DNA of 64,000 nucleotides from Nitrospira sp. (GTDB taxonomy: Bacteria > Nitrospirota > Nitrospiria > Nitrospirales > Nitrospiraceae): assembly GCA_047150005.1 (NCBI GenBank), contig AP038806.1:288001-352000 (forward strand), written 5' to 3'. Under the pieces are notes generated by a model. That model was not told the DNA's origin. It was given only the letters and a program-made list of their open reading frames with translations, and did not search any database. How positions within the stretch are numbered: the stretch's first letter is position 1; each line of letters opens with the position of its first letter. Shown here one piece after another: positions 1 through 8,845 of the stretch. The translations under genes were made by a program, and so were the position numbers.

Positions 1-32
1 ACTCCCGCCGCCTCCTGTCCGCCGAAGCGGCG

Positions 33-548
33 CTAAACAGAGAGAACTTCTCCGCGAAAGTCGGCAGCCCCCTCCCAGACTTCTCCGGACTCGCCGAAGG
101 AGAACCGATTGAGCACAATGAGATTGCGGATGGCCTGTAGGTCGCTGCATGAGAAATCATGGCGCCAACGCAACCGCACAATCCCTTCCTCATCCAAGAG
201 CAGGGTGCGGCACTCAGAACCAGATGAATCGCCGGCGATGCCGAACATCCGATGCAGACGTCGACAAGGGTCGGCGAGCACCGTTGCTCGGTGTCTGTTC
301 TCTCCGTCCTGCCAGAGTTGGTGGTGAAGACAGGCGTCCGACCCGACGATCAAGAACTCGGCCTCAACTTCGCGAAATCGCTCGGTTTGATCGTCCAGCG
401 TCTCCGCCGCCGCGATGATACCCTGATCCGGTAAGAAGCACATCACGATCACGCGGCCGTGGAATTGTTTTCCCGATAGATACCTCACCTCGCCGCCTAC
501 CAGGGCCGGCGCGCGAAAATCCAACATGCTTGTTTCATTGAGCCTCAT
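33..548 (-). CDS. AhpC/TSA (peroxiredoxin-fold) family protein lacking the peroxidatic Cys
   Basis: DFRAPALVGG..GRVIVMCFLP..VLADP..FGI..RTLLLDEEG follows the AhpC layout; AAGGAG RBS upstream. Confidence 0.7.
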   Translation of the reverse strand: MRLNETSMLDFRAPALVGGEVRYLSGKQFHGRVIVMCFLPDQGIIAAAETLDDQTERFREVEAEFLIVGSDACLHHQLWQDGENRHRATVLADPCRRLHRMFGIAGDSSGSECRTLLLDEEGIVRLRWRHDFSCSDLQAIRNLIVLNRFSFGESGEVWEGAADFRGEVLSV

Positions 549-830
549 TGATACTCTCCTTTACTCGAGCCGTTCATTTGTACGCACCTCTCCTCATCAC
601 ACACCTCTCGACCGGTTGTGACCAATGAAGATCACACCGATTCCAGCCGCAGTTCACACATCTCCATCCGGCCATTCGGTAAAAATCCAATATTTCTTCG
701 AGCACCACGAGCCCACCACACTTTACACAGCTCGATTTCATCGTTTCTCCTTCAACTCATGATGACACCGCGGGTGGAACGGCGGAGGAGGATTAGTCCA
801 ACGTTCCATCCAACGGGTGATGCTCTGCAT

Positions 831-1010
831 CTACCTGAGTGCCGCCGAGTTGGTGGTCGGCAGCGGAGACGCCAAAGTAGCAGCGGTATTCTCGATCTCC
901 TCTTCGAGCCACCGGCTAAGCGACGGATGGGCCTGTCCCTTTTCGTTGAGCACATAGTCCACGATTCGAGAAAGAAGCGCTGCTTGGACCGCTTCCAGTT
1001 GATAGGTCAT
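831..1010 (-). CDS. small hypothetical protein (~59 aa)
   Basis: Helical-looking ORF (ATG at 1010; the ORF track starts it at TTG 1028) directly downstream of a TTGACA promoter and Fur-like box. Confidence 0.45.
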   Translation of the reverse strand: MTYQLEAVQAALLSRIVDYVLNEKGQAHPSLSRWLEEEIENTAATLASPLPTTNSAALR

Positions 1011-1051
1011 GAACGTCTGTATTTGCAACGGATCGCGCCATTGTTGATCTT

Positions 1052-1092
1052 GATATGCATTCTCAATATCAGTTACAGCCTGTACTTGTCAA
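1052..1092 (-). promoter_or_regulatory. sigma70-type promoter overlapped by a Fur/PerR-type box
   Basis: TTGACA at 1092-1087; GATATTGAGAATGCATATC (1070-1052) matches the Fur consensus GATAATGATAATCATTATC at 14/19. Confidence 0.6.
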
Positions 1093-1122
1093 CCCTATTT
1101 TCTTCGCCTCCTAACAATGATT

Positions 1123-1878
1123 TTAGGTGCGGATTCCGCTGACCAGCGTTAGAACCATCGCGGTGATGTACATGAGGCTGATGCCCAGAAAGACACCTAA
1201 GGCGACCTGTAATCGGCGCGTAACCGTGTAAGAGATGGCTGTTAGGGAGAGAATGACGTAGAAAAGAGAACCAGCGGCCAAGGCATAGAATGAAATTGTG
1301 AAGTACGACGAGAGCCCCTGCCCACTCAAGAGCGCGCCCAAGCAAGTCGGAGCCCCCGCCAGGAGCCCGAGCAAGAATATATCTTTCCCGGTCACCGGTG
1401 TTTTTCCCGCGGCACCCACGATGCCGAACCCCTCTGTCCCGTTATGGAGCGCAAACCCTGCCACGAGCAGCGCGCTCAATACCCATTCTCCGTTCGCGTA
1501 GCTCGCACCGATCGCCAATCCCTCCCCAAGATTGTGGAAGCCCATGCCGAGCGCAATCATGTAAGGAAGGGACAGCATGCGGTTCCCGGTTTTCCCCCCG
1601 AACACCTGGCTGGACTCCAACGCGACCAAACCGACCAGACTGACTCCGAGGCTCCCCAGAAAAACAATCCATGAGACTGCATCACGGACGCCTGTCAGTT
1701 CAATCGCTTCGTGCATCAGGTCGAAAAACAGATAGGCCAACACGCCGGTGGCCACCCCGATGAGCGACCCTTCCCACGACCGAGGCAGCACTCGCCCCAA
1801 CAATAGCGCCACGAAAATTCCAAGATAGATCGGAATGACACCGGCGATGGCACCGAGCCCTATAAGATCCATTCTCAT
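1123..1878 (-). CDS. zupT: ZIP family divalent metal transporter (ZupT/GufA-like)
   Basis: ~8 TM segments; HNLGEGLAIG and LHNGTEG metal-site motifs; start may be the ATG at 1872. Confidence 0.88.
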   Translation of the reverse strand: MRMDLIGLGAIAGVIPIYLGIFVALLLGRVLPRSWEGSLIGVATGVLAYLFFDLMHEAIELTGVRDAVSWIVFLGSLGVSLVGLVALESSQVFGGKTGNRMLSLPYMIALGMGFHNLGEGLAIGASYANGEWVLSALLVAGFALHNGTEGFGIVGAAGKTPVTGKDIFLLGLLAGAPTCLGALLSGQGLSSYFTISFYALAAGSLFYVILSLTAISYTVTRRLQVALGVFLGISLMYITAMVLTLVSGIRT

Positions 1879-2310
1879 GCTCCTTGATTAGAAACCGAGT
1901 CGTCGATACGCCGACCGTGACGCGAATAGAATCATGCAGGTTCCAGAACCGCGGCCACTCCTCGCGCACGACGAAGAGAGGGGCACAGAGCCACGGCCAT
2001 TATACCGAGAACCGACCCGTTCCATCGGCCGGAAGAGACACCAGCGTGCCTCCACTGGAGCGACGACCATCGGACAAAGCGAGCCACCTCCTGTGATGGC
2101 ATTCCGCCTTGATGTTGTGAGCTGACGCACAAGCCGTGTCCTTCTGCTCGATCGCACTCGAAGGCGTCGGAAGAGCGGCTGCTACGAACGTCGTGCACGG
2201 ATGCTCCTTCCCTGCCCTGCGCGTTGGCCAAGTACGGAACCGATGAGTCGATTGCACGATATCATCTTTCATGAAGCCGTAGTTTCGTACATGTGCAGGG
2301 GCAAGTCACT

Positions 2311-2613
2311 TCAGCGGACAACGGCTAGGAACAGCGGCAGCGCAATGGCCCCGCAGCCAAATGCGGGAGCCAGGAGACCGATCCAGGCGCGCCGTGGCGT
2401 GGAAGCTGCAAACGCCCAGAGAATAGCGCCGGTGTAGAGAACGAAGGAGAACATGGCCGCCGTCAGCACAGCCTCGGTTTTAGAGAGAGGCAGGAGAAGA
2501 GTCAAGCAGGCCGTGAAGGCATAGGTCAGGGCATATCCGCCGAAGGCCGCCGCAGCGATACGGGATATGACATCTTGCCAGGGAATCCGCTTCACTCTGT
2601 TGGCGTTTCCCAT
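2311..2613 (-). CDS. DUF3649 family small membrane protein (iron-uptake associated)
   Basis: SRIAAAAFGGYAL..EAVLTAAMFSF..ILWAFAA..RAW signature; likely start MGNANR at 2613. Confidence 0.75.
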   Translation of the reverse strand: MGNANRVKRIPWQDVISRIAAAAFGGYALTYAFTACLTLLLPLSKTEAVLTAAMFSFVLYTGAILWAFAASTPRRAWIGLLAPAFGCGAIALPLFLAVVR

Positions 2614-2689
2614 CGTCAGTCGTTTCCTGCCAACCCCAATCGTGCCAAACACCGTCAGGGGACTGCCCCAGCGAGGTTTAGCATCGTCG

Positions 2690-2932
2690 GGACTGGGATA
2701 CCGTGGCCCAGAATCCTCGACATAGGAATACCCTTTGGATTGCATGCATCCGCTCAGATTGATGCCGCCGGACATGGTGTCCTTGTGGTGTTGTTGCCAG
2801 CTGGCACTTCCGGCTTGCAGATCTCGCAATCCTGCTTGGTCTGCGTGTCAGATTTCTTGGGATTGACCACCGTCCTTCGGCTCGGGTCCAAAGCGCCTCA
2901 AAGAATAGGACAACCTTGGTTCGTATCGCCAC
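2690..2932 (-). pseudogene. probable frameshifted small Cys-pair exported protein
   Basis: Pieces in three frames join to MAIRTKVVLFF / W(V)NPKKSDTQTKQDCEIC / GGINLSGCMQSKGYSYVE. Confidence 0.35.
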
Positions 2933-3090
2933 CGTCCCTTCTCCCGTCCCCGGTGTGGAGTACCATACGGCAGTCTCCGGCTTGCGGGTCCATGCCCGAC
3001 TCTCGTGCGACAGACGACGTATCCGTTTTCTGCTCTCCAGACGTGGACCATCGACTGAGGGCTGAGTCTTGAGCGGAACGGGGGCCAGCG

Positions 3091-3537
3091 TTACTTGAAC
3101 GTCAGCTTCTTGAGCTCCGTCGCAGGAAGCTCGACCTCGCCGAAATCGGATTGACCCTTGAAACTCCCGGCCATGGCCAGAATGAATTCCCCGGTCTTTC
3201 CGTCCGCCAAGGTGATAGTAACTTGGGGAGGCGTGCTATTCCCTGAAGGTTTGAGATCGATGTGTTTGATGTTGTCGAATTTGATCTTGACGGTGGCGGT
3301 ACCGCGTTTGACCGGCACTTCCCGCATTTCGTGGGGTACAAACGCGGTCTCACTGATCTTTTCCTCATAATAGAAAATGACGTTCTTGACATCGGTTTCC
3401 ACACCCTTGGCGTCGCTGGCAACGGCGTGAAACACCTTGTCGTTCTTGGTCTGCGCAATTGCAGGTCCGTCGATCAGGATCCCGCTCAGTACGCCTGATA
3501 ACACTGCACCAGCGCAGAGAATCTTCGTGCGGCTCAT
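3091..3537 (-). CDS. exported hypothetical protein
   Basis: Signal peptide ending AIA-Q; AAGGAG RBS; beta-rich mature region. Confidence 0.75.
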   Translation of the reverse strand: MSRTKILCAGAVLSGVLSGILIDGPAIAQTKNDKVFHAVASDAKGVETDVKNVIFYYEEKISETAFVPHEMREVPVKRGTATVKIKFDNIKHIDLKPSGNSTPPQVTITLADGKTGEFILAMAGSFKGQSDFGEVELPATELKKLTFK

Positions 3538-3617
3538 GAGTCTTCTCCTTTGTGGTCCTTTATATGGTGCAACCCCTGATCACTGCCGTCCACAGGAGCA
3601 ATCCAGGGCAGCCACCG

Positions 3618-4583
3618 CTATCCGTCCAATCGATAACTGATGGGAACAAGAATCGTAACCTGCGGCTTTCCCAAAGGATGCTTGAGAGTTAGTGGTGATG
3701 CCTGCCTCATGACCGAAAGCGCTTCCTGGTCGAGAATGGGCCGGCCTGAACTTTCTGCAATACGCAGTCCGACGACAGTTCCGTCCTCACGAATGACCGC
3801 CGCAACCACAACCTTTCCTTCCCAGTGATTGCTTCTTGCCAAGGCCGGATAACGCTTTAATTCCTGAATCCGTTTCCAGAGAGTGTCTCGAAGCCACCCG
3901 TAATCCGCCTGGACTTGTCGATATTGCACGACACGGTGTTGCACAGCCTTTTGTTCCACTAGGGGGAAATCCGATTGTGTAACGGACTCGCGCTGCATCA
4001 CGGCAGGCTGATGCACGACAGCCGCTTGTTCCGTCACTGGTGCGCTCTCGGTCACCGACCCAGTTTCCGTCACCACTTGAGACACCGCCTGACTGGTCTC
4101 AACAACCGTCGCAACCGTCGTGGTCGTTACCGCCTGCACCACAGCCGTCGGACTTTCGACGCCCTGTACCCGCGGACGGTGGATCGCAGTCTCAACCGGC
4201 GTGGCCGTTATCTGTTCAACGGGCGTGACAACATCTTGGACCGTCTGCTGAACTGTCTCCACCGTCTGTGTCTGGACCGTCTGTGTCTCGACCGGTGGAC
4301 GATGGTCAACAGTTCGTTGTACCTGAGGCGTGGTACGAGGGCGGGCTGGCATGGGAGGCAGAGGCGTTGGCGGCTGAGGAGCCGGCTCCACTTTCGGTGG
4401 AGTCTCTATCATGGCAACTTCCCACGTAAATGGCATGGGGCGATTGGGCTTTTCGATTTCCGCGACCAGTACAATCGCGCACCAGACGCCCAGTACATGA
4501 AAAATCAGGGATGCCGACCAACTATGCACGTGAAGCGTTTCGCCGCTACGTGTCAGTCTGCCGAATTCGATGGTGGTCATCAT
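3618..4583 (-). CDS. tonB: energy transducer TonB
   Basis: N-terminal TM with S..H (SLIFH), Pro/Thr-rich linker, C-terminal YPALAR..EGKV..SSG..LD..A TonB_C domain. Confidence 0.88.
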   Translation of the reverse strand: MMTTIEFGRLTRSGETLHVHSWSASLIFHVLGVWCAIVLVAEIEKPNRPMPFTWEVAMIETPPKVEPAPQPPTPLPPMPARPRTTPQVQRTVDHRPPVETQTVQTQTVETVQQTVQDVVTPVEQITATPVETAIHRPRVQGVESPTAVVQAVTTTTVATVVETSQAVSQVVTETGSVTESAPVTEQAAVVHQPAVMQRESVTQSDFPLVEQKAVQHRVVQYRQVQADYGWLRDTLWKRIQELKRYPALARSNHWEGKVVVAAVIREDGTVVGLRIAESSGRPILDQEALSVMRQASPLTLKHPLGKPQVTILVPISYRLDG

Positions 4584-5057
4584 TCAAAGTTCCGAGGATC
4601 CAGGGGTGGCGTGGCAATGTGCCATGATCGTGACCGACAATCAACCAGACTACCTAAAGAATTTCCGCTGCTCACTGCAGGCGCACCGAGAGGGCCAAGC
4701 GAGGCAGGCTGCGAAGAACCGATTGGCCCAACTGGCCTCGCGAGAAGATCCAGCCTTACAGAATCTTTCAATAGTGAGGAAAGCTCTCTGTCTATAGATC
4801 GACATGCCAGAACACACGACCGTCCTGCTGCGCGACCGCTCAAAGAAAAGACGAACCAGCGCAGCAATACCTCATCACCACTCGAAGGTTTTTCATCAAA
4901 ACGCATAAACACTCGTTTATACGCTCACATACGGCAGTCCCTCTCCTATAGGCTTCGCCTCTCTGGAGAAGGCCTCCGCGAGCGAAGCTCAGGACATTCC
5001 CCTACCCACCGATCTCCAGATACCGGCAATAGGACCAGGGCCTCTTGCGATGGGGTT

Positions 5058-6308
5058 CTAGTGGAAGCTCATACTGGCGTAGGTCGCAGTCGAATTGTAT
5101 TGGTCGGTAATGCCCCGATCGTAGCGAAGTACTTGTCCCTTTTCAGCCTGGATCACGCGAAGCAAGGTATAAACAGGAGAGAACCCGGAAATACGGCGTC
5201 CGTCGTTCTCCTTCTGAATATAGCCGGCAAATTCCTCGGGCTTCAGCTCTTCTACAAACTTCAGCATCTCGAGGTCGCACTGCATACAGCGATGAAAGGA
5301 AAAATCTGTCGGAGGCGCGCTGTCGCCATACCGCATGCCAAGATGCGCCAACTCTCCTGCCGCGATGAGACCGTAGGTTTTTCCGGATGCCGCCAGCGCC
5401 TCGCGCAGGCAACCGAGAAATCGTTCCACCTCGTTCCGCACCGAGGCATCACGCAGACTGTCGGCCGAGAATGACGATAAGATCGGCACGATCGTAAACG
5501 GGGTGGCAGCTGCGCTGACACTCTGAAGAAACGGCAGCTGGTATTCAATGGCATGCTCAGTTTGGTGTGCGATTTCCTCCTGGAAGAATTCGGGAGCGCG
5601 CGACCTGAGCAGATCAACAATCGGACGATCCACCGAGGCGATACCGAGAGGAGTCTCGAAATCCTTGTCGGTGACGGCAAAGAGACTCTCCAACCCCGCA
5701 TGAGCGGTCCCAATGATGACGTACACGCTTGGCTGCTGGGCTTCCTGCAGTTCCTTATAGGCCCAGGCATAGATCGGACCCGCTTGTTTCAGGTCGTAGG
5801 TCGGCGCGACCAGGCCTTTGATCGGCTTCCCCTTGTTCTCCGACGGCTTGAAATCCGGGCCCTCCTTCGACGTAAAGAACCCATCGATCTGTTTTTTCAG
5901 CTTCGCGCCGTCCGCCTCGTAGCTTTTTCCAGCAAACATGGCCTGCCGTAGCGGCGCCTGCCGATAGGCCTCCTGCGCCTGCCTGTGGGCTGACTCCGCC
6001 CGCTCCCCTTCGAGGAACAATTTGCCGTCGAGGTCTGAAACCAACTGCTCGACCTTGTTCGGCAACAGGAATTCGCCGAAGCGTTTGAGATAGAGTCCGG
6101 CGATTTCTTGCAGGGAATGTTCCCCGTCGAAGTGCTGCACGATGAAAAAGTAGTTTAGCGGCAACACCAGTTTTTCCTTGCTCAGGCCGCTCGGGTCCCA
6201 GAGCACGACGTACTGCTCCTCCCCTTCCTTGATCGGAGAGAACTGGAGATTGCGCAGTGCTGGGTACTGCTTGGGATCCCTGGCTGGGTCGGTCACCACG
6301 GAAGGCAT
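5058..6308 (-). CDS. amrB: MEMO1/AmmeMemoRadiSam system protein B-like, with N-terminal PqqD/wHTH-like domain
   Basis: AGKSY, IIGTAH, FETPLG, EHAIEYQLPFLQ and ELAHLG motifs. Confidence 0.8.
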   Translation of the reverse strand: MPSVVTDPARDPKQYPALRNLQFSPIKEGEEQYVVLWDPSGLSKEKLVLPLNYFFIVQHFDGEHSLQEIAGLYLKRFGEFLLPNKVEQLVSDLDGKLFLEGERAESAHRQAQEAYRQAPLRQAMFAGKSYEADGAKLKKQIDGFFTSKEGPDFKPSENKGKPIKGLVAPTYDLKQAGPIYAWAYKELQEAQQPSVYVIIGTAHAGLESLFAVTDKDFETPLGIASVDRPIVDLLRSRAPEFFQEEIAHQTEHAIEYQLPFLQSVSAAATPFTIVPILSSFSADSLRDASVRNEVERFLGCLREALAASGKTYGLIAAGELAHLGMRYGDSAPPTDFSFHRCMQCDLEMLKFVEELKPEEFAGYIQKENDGRRISGFSPVYTLLRVIQAEKGQVLRYDRGITDQYNSTATYASMSFH

Positions 6309-6406
6309 TGTAATAGAGATAACGAGGCGGCTTCAATGGTGGAGAAGCGTGGGGGTCCCGTCCTGGCGAATAGCCCCACCGTGCTCGCTCCACACATTCC
6401 CCAATG

Positions 6407-6640
6407 GAGAAGAAACCGGTGTCAGGGACCGTTTTCGCGCGCATTGATCCTGGATCTTCCTAGGAGCCTGTCTGACATTGACAACAATCACGGAGCGGAG
6501 CCAACGGGTGTCAGGAACTGCTTCGGAAGATGCAGATGGGAGAGTCGTCTCAGCGGGTGTGAGGCGGGAGGTGGTGTCCCGTGACGCCCTTGCGGTCCTG
6601 AGTCGGCATGGAAACGGTTCCTGACACCGTTTTTCTTCTC
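6407..6640. repeat. REP/REPIN-like element, copy 1 (terminal inverted repeats)
   Basis: GAGAAGAAACCGGTGTCAGGGACCGTTT ... AAACGGTTCCTGACACCGTTTTTCTTCTC; internal GGTGTCAGGAAC copy; directly repeated at 7455-7672. Confidence 0.8.
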
Positions 6641-6725
6641 ACTCACCGTTTTTCTTCTCAACTACATCGCACTCGATAATCCCTTCGCTGCAGCCCGAAC
6701 CCGATGAGCGAAGCAATGCGGCGAC

Positions 6726-6760
6726 TTGACCTCCTAACAGGCCTGTCGTACAATTTGTAC
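6726..6760 (+). promoter_or_regulatory. sigma70 promoter and palindromic operator of the TA operon
   Basis: TTGACC-N17-TACAAT; palindrome GTACAATTTGTAC (6748-6760) overlaps the -10. Confidence 0.75.
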
Positions 6761-6804
6761 ATTTTGTTCAATCGGGAGACCTGGGAACGTAGAAGGAGAA
6801 CACC

Positions 6805-7059
6805 ATGGCTCATCTGCCGGCCAGCAAGGCGAGACAGGGATTTGCCGACACCATTAATAGGGCAGCCTACGGGAAAGAACGTGTCGTGGTGCGTCGTCGC
6901 GGGAAAGAAGTGGCTGCGGTGGTGCCGATCGACGATTTGCGTTTGCTCGAAGAACTGGAAGATCGAATCGATCTGGCCGATGCTCGCGCTGCGCTGGCTG
7001 AAACAAAGAAGAAAGGGGCTAAATCACTCGACACAATTCTAAAGGATCTCAAACTGTAG
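6805..7059 (+). CDS. type II antitoxin, Phd/YefM family
   Basis: ASKARQGFADTINRA..ERVVVRRRGKEVAAVV; AAGGAG RBS. Confidence 0.9.
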   Translation: MAHLPASKARQGFADTINRAAYGKERVVVRRRGKEVAAVVPIDDLRLLEELEDRIDLADARAALAETKKKGAKSLDTILKDLKL

Positions 7060-7065
7060 CTTCTG

Positions 7066-7323
7066 ATGGGCTATTCGATCCTTCTCGCACCGCCCGCGGA
7101 ACGCCAACTCCACTCGTTCTCCCCTGCCATTCAGAAACGCCTCGTCAAACGTATGAAGGCCTTGCAGCACGATCCTCGTCCGGCAGGCGTAAAGAAACTT
7201 GCCGGCGGCGACGATCTCTACCGCATCCGCAAAGGCGACTATCGGATCATCTACATGATCCAGGACAAGGAGCTGACCGTCCTCGTCCTCAAGATCGGAG
7301 ACCGGAAAGAAGTCTATCGGTAA
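7066..7323 (+). CDS. relE: type II toxin, RelE/ParE family
   Basis: YSI..AERQL..PRP.GVKKL.G..YRIR.GDYRIIY..IGDRKEVYR. Confidence 0.9.
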   Translation: MGYSILLAPPAERQLHSFSPAIQKRLVKRMKALQHDPRPAGVKKLAGGDDLYRIRKGDYRIIYMIQDKELTVLVLKIGDRKEVYR

Positions 7324-7454
7324 CCATCATGTCCTAGCCCAACCTTGCTGCTTCTCGGTTTGTGATTTGTGTCGAGAGCAAGACCTTGGACTCCCTTCCG
7401 CCGCCTTCTTCTCAGTGATTCTTGTCGCTGACGCCAGCGAGAAACACGGTTAGC

Positions 7455-7672
7455 GAGAAAACGGTGTCAGAAACTGCTTTCTTGCGCACTGATCCTGGAA
7501 CTTCCCAGGACATTGACAACAATCACGAGCGGAGCCAATGGGTGTCAAAAACTGTTTCGGGAGATGCAGATGAGAGAGTCTCCCAGCGGGTGTGACGCGA
7601 GAGGTGATGTGCCGTGACGCCCTTGTCGTCCTGAGTCGGCAGGGAAACGGTTCCTGAGACCTTCCCCTTCTC
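7455..7672. repeat. REP/REPIN-like element, copy 2
   Basis: Colinear, diverged copy of 6407-6640 (shared GACATTGACAACAATCACG, GAGCGGAGCCAA, CCGTGACGCCCTTG, GGAAACGGTTCCTGA). Confidence 0.8.
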
Positions 7673-7742
7673 TTCGGGCATTGCCGCGGCTCGTGACCTG
7701 GTAGACGGCGCCGGAAAATTCAATGCTCAGCGGACGGGCCAT
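7671..7742 (-). pseudogene. 5' remnant of a REP-associated tyrosine transposase (RAYT, HUH/Y1)
   Basis: MARPLSIEFSGAVYQVTSRGNAR matches the RAYT N-terminus (MARPLR..GA.YHV.SRGN) and is cut off after ~24 codons at the repeat. Confidence 0.75.
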
Positions 7743-7948
7743 GAGGCGGGACAACTCCCGCACTCCAATAAGTGCACCGCTTCTCGTTTGAACTCCGGCG
7801 TAAACTGGTGGCGTGCACCCATGCGACACCTCCTCGGGGATGTTGTCCCCATTCACAGGTGTCTGTCAAATCCTGGCCACTTCAACCTGACCCTCTTTGA
7901 AGATCCCCTTTGAATGGACTGATAATTGAGTCTCCGGAAGGACCTGAT

Positions 7949-8389
7949 TCAGAGTGGCAGATGCATATAGCCCCAATCGAGCAACCAGTGGACGAACGAG
8001 TAGAGCGCATAGTACGCGACCATAAACAGGGGGCCGAAAACAACACCGCCAATCAATGAGCCCTCAAACCCTTCGCTCAGAGCAAACCCAAACCGAGTCC
8101 TTATGCTCCCTTGAGCGCGAAGCCAGGCATCGACACCAATCCATATTCCGATTCCCAACAAGATGAGAAAGTACATATACTGATTGAAAATTGGGGAGTA
8201 AAGGATGTAGAGGCGCAGGTCATCTGCCCACCATAGTGAATTCCACCCGCTGTAGGCCATATAAGTTAATGAAAGCAAAACTCCGACGAAAGTGACGCAT
8301 CCGAGTAAAGTCCAAGCCAGCCAGAAAAGAACACGACGGACAAAGGCGTCCTTCACAACATCAAATAACCACTCTAAGAGTAAAGCCAT
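7949..8389 (-). CDS. hypothetical membrane protein (~3 TM), lower GC
   Basis: 146-aa hydrophobic, aromatic-rich ORF. Confidence 0.6.
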   Translation of the reverse strand: MALLLEWLFDVVKDAFVRRVLFWLAWTLLGCVTFVGVLLSLTYMAYSGWNSLWWADDLRLYILYSPIFNQYMYFLILLGIGIWIGVDAWLRAQGSIRTRFGFALSEGFEGSLIGGVVFGPLFMVAYYALYSFVHWLLDWGYMHLPL

Positions 8390-8482
8390 ATAAAAAATGA
8401 AAATAGACCTACTGCGCTCAGAGTCAGGATCAGAATCACGAAAATCGAGACCCCGCCAATTGTCATAGATTCACCTGTCCAG

Positions 8483-8720
8483 CAGGCTGTTGAAAAACGC
8501 TCGTTTTGCAGGCGTGATCTCGTGATAATTTGGATTCGCCCCATAAATATCCAGATCTCCTCAGATACTCCGCACCACCCACGGCTGCTCACTTCGGCGC
8601 CCACCGGGTCCTTGTGCCGTTGCTCCCGGCGGCCGCAAGCGACTGAGCCGCAGCAGGTTGTACGCCGCGACGACCATATAGCTGGCCTATTGCGTGCGCA
8701 CCATGCCCCGAAACCGGCTC
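8483..8720 (-). mobile_element. IS5/IS1182-like element remnant: transposase C-terminus plus right end
   Basis: SRFRGMVRTQ*ASYMVVAAYNLLRLSRL with an in-frame TAG (8687-8689); element end TTTTTCAACAGCCTG at 8497-8483. Confidence 0.7.
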
Positions 8721-8845
8721 TGGTCTATAAAATGGGGTCTGTTTCCATAATCGGGGCCACCTCAGGTCTTGCAATCGTACATTGGCTCCACAGAAAGCAT
8801 GATTTCTCTTTCTCCAATCAACCAAGTTCGCTTCGCTGATCCGAG

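Noticed and set aside
3975..5474. 499-aa plus-strand ORF
   Set aside because: Arg/His-rich shadow overlapping tonB and amrB on the opposite strand; no recognisable domain.
6407..7672. Integron attC cassette array
   Set aside because: No integrase in the window, and the repeat ends do not show the RYYYAAC/GTTRRRY attC pattern; a REP/RAYT origin fits better.
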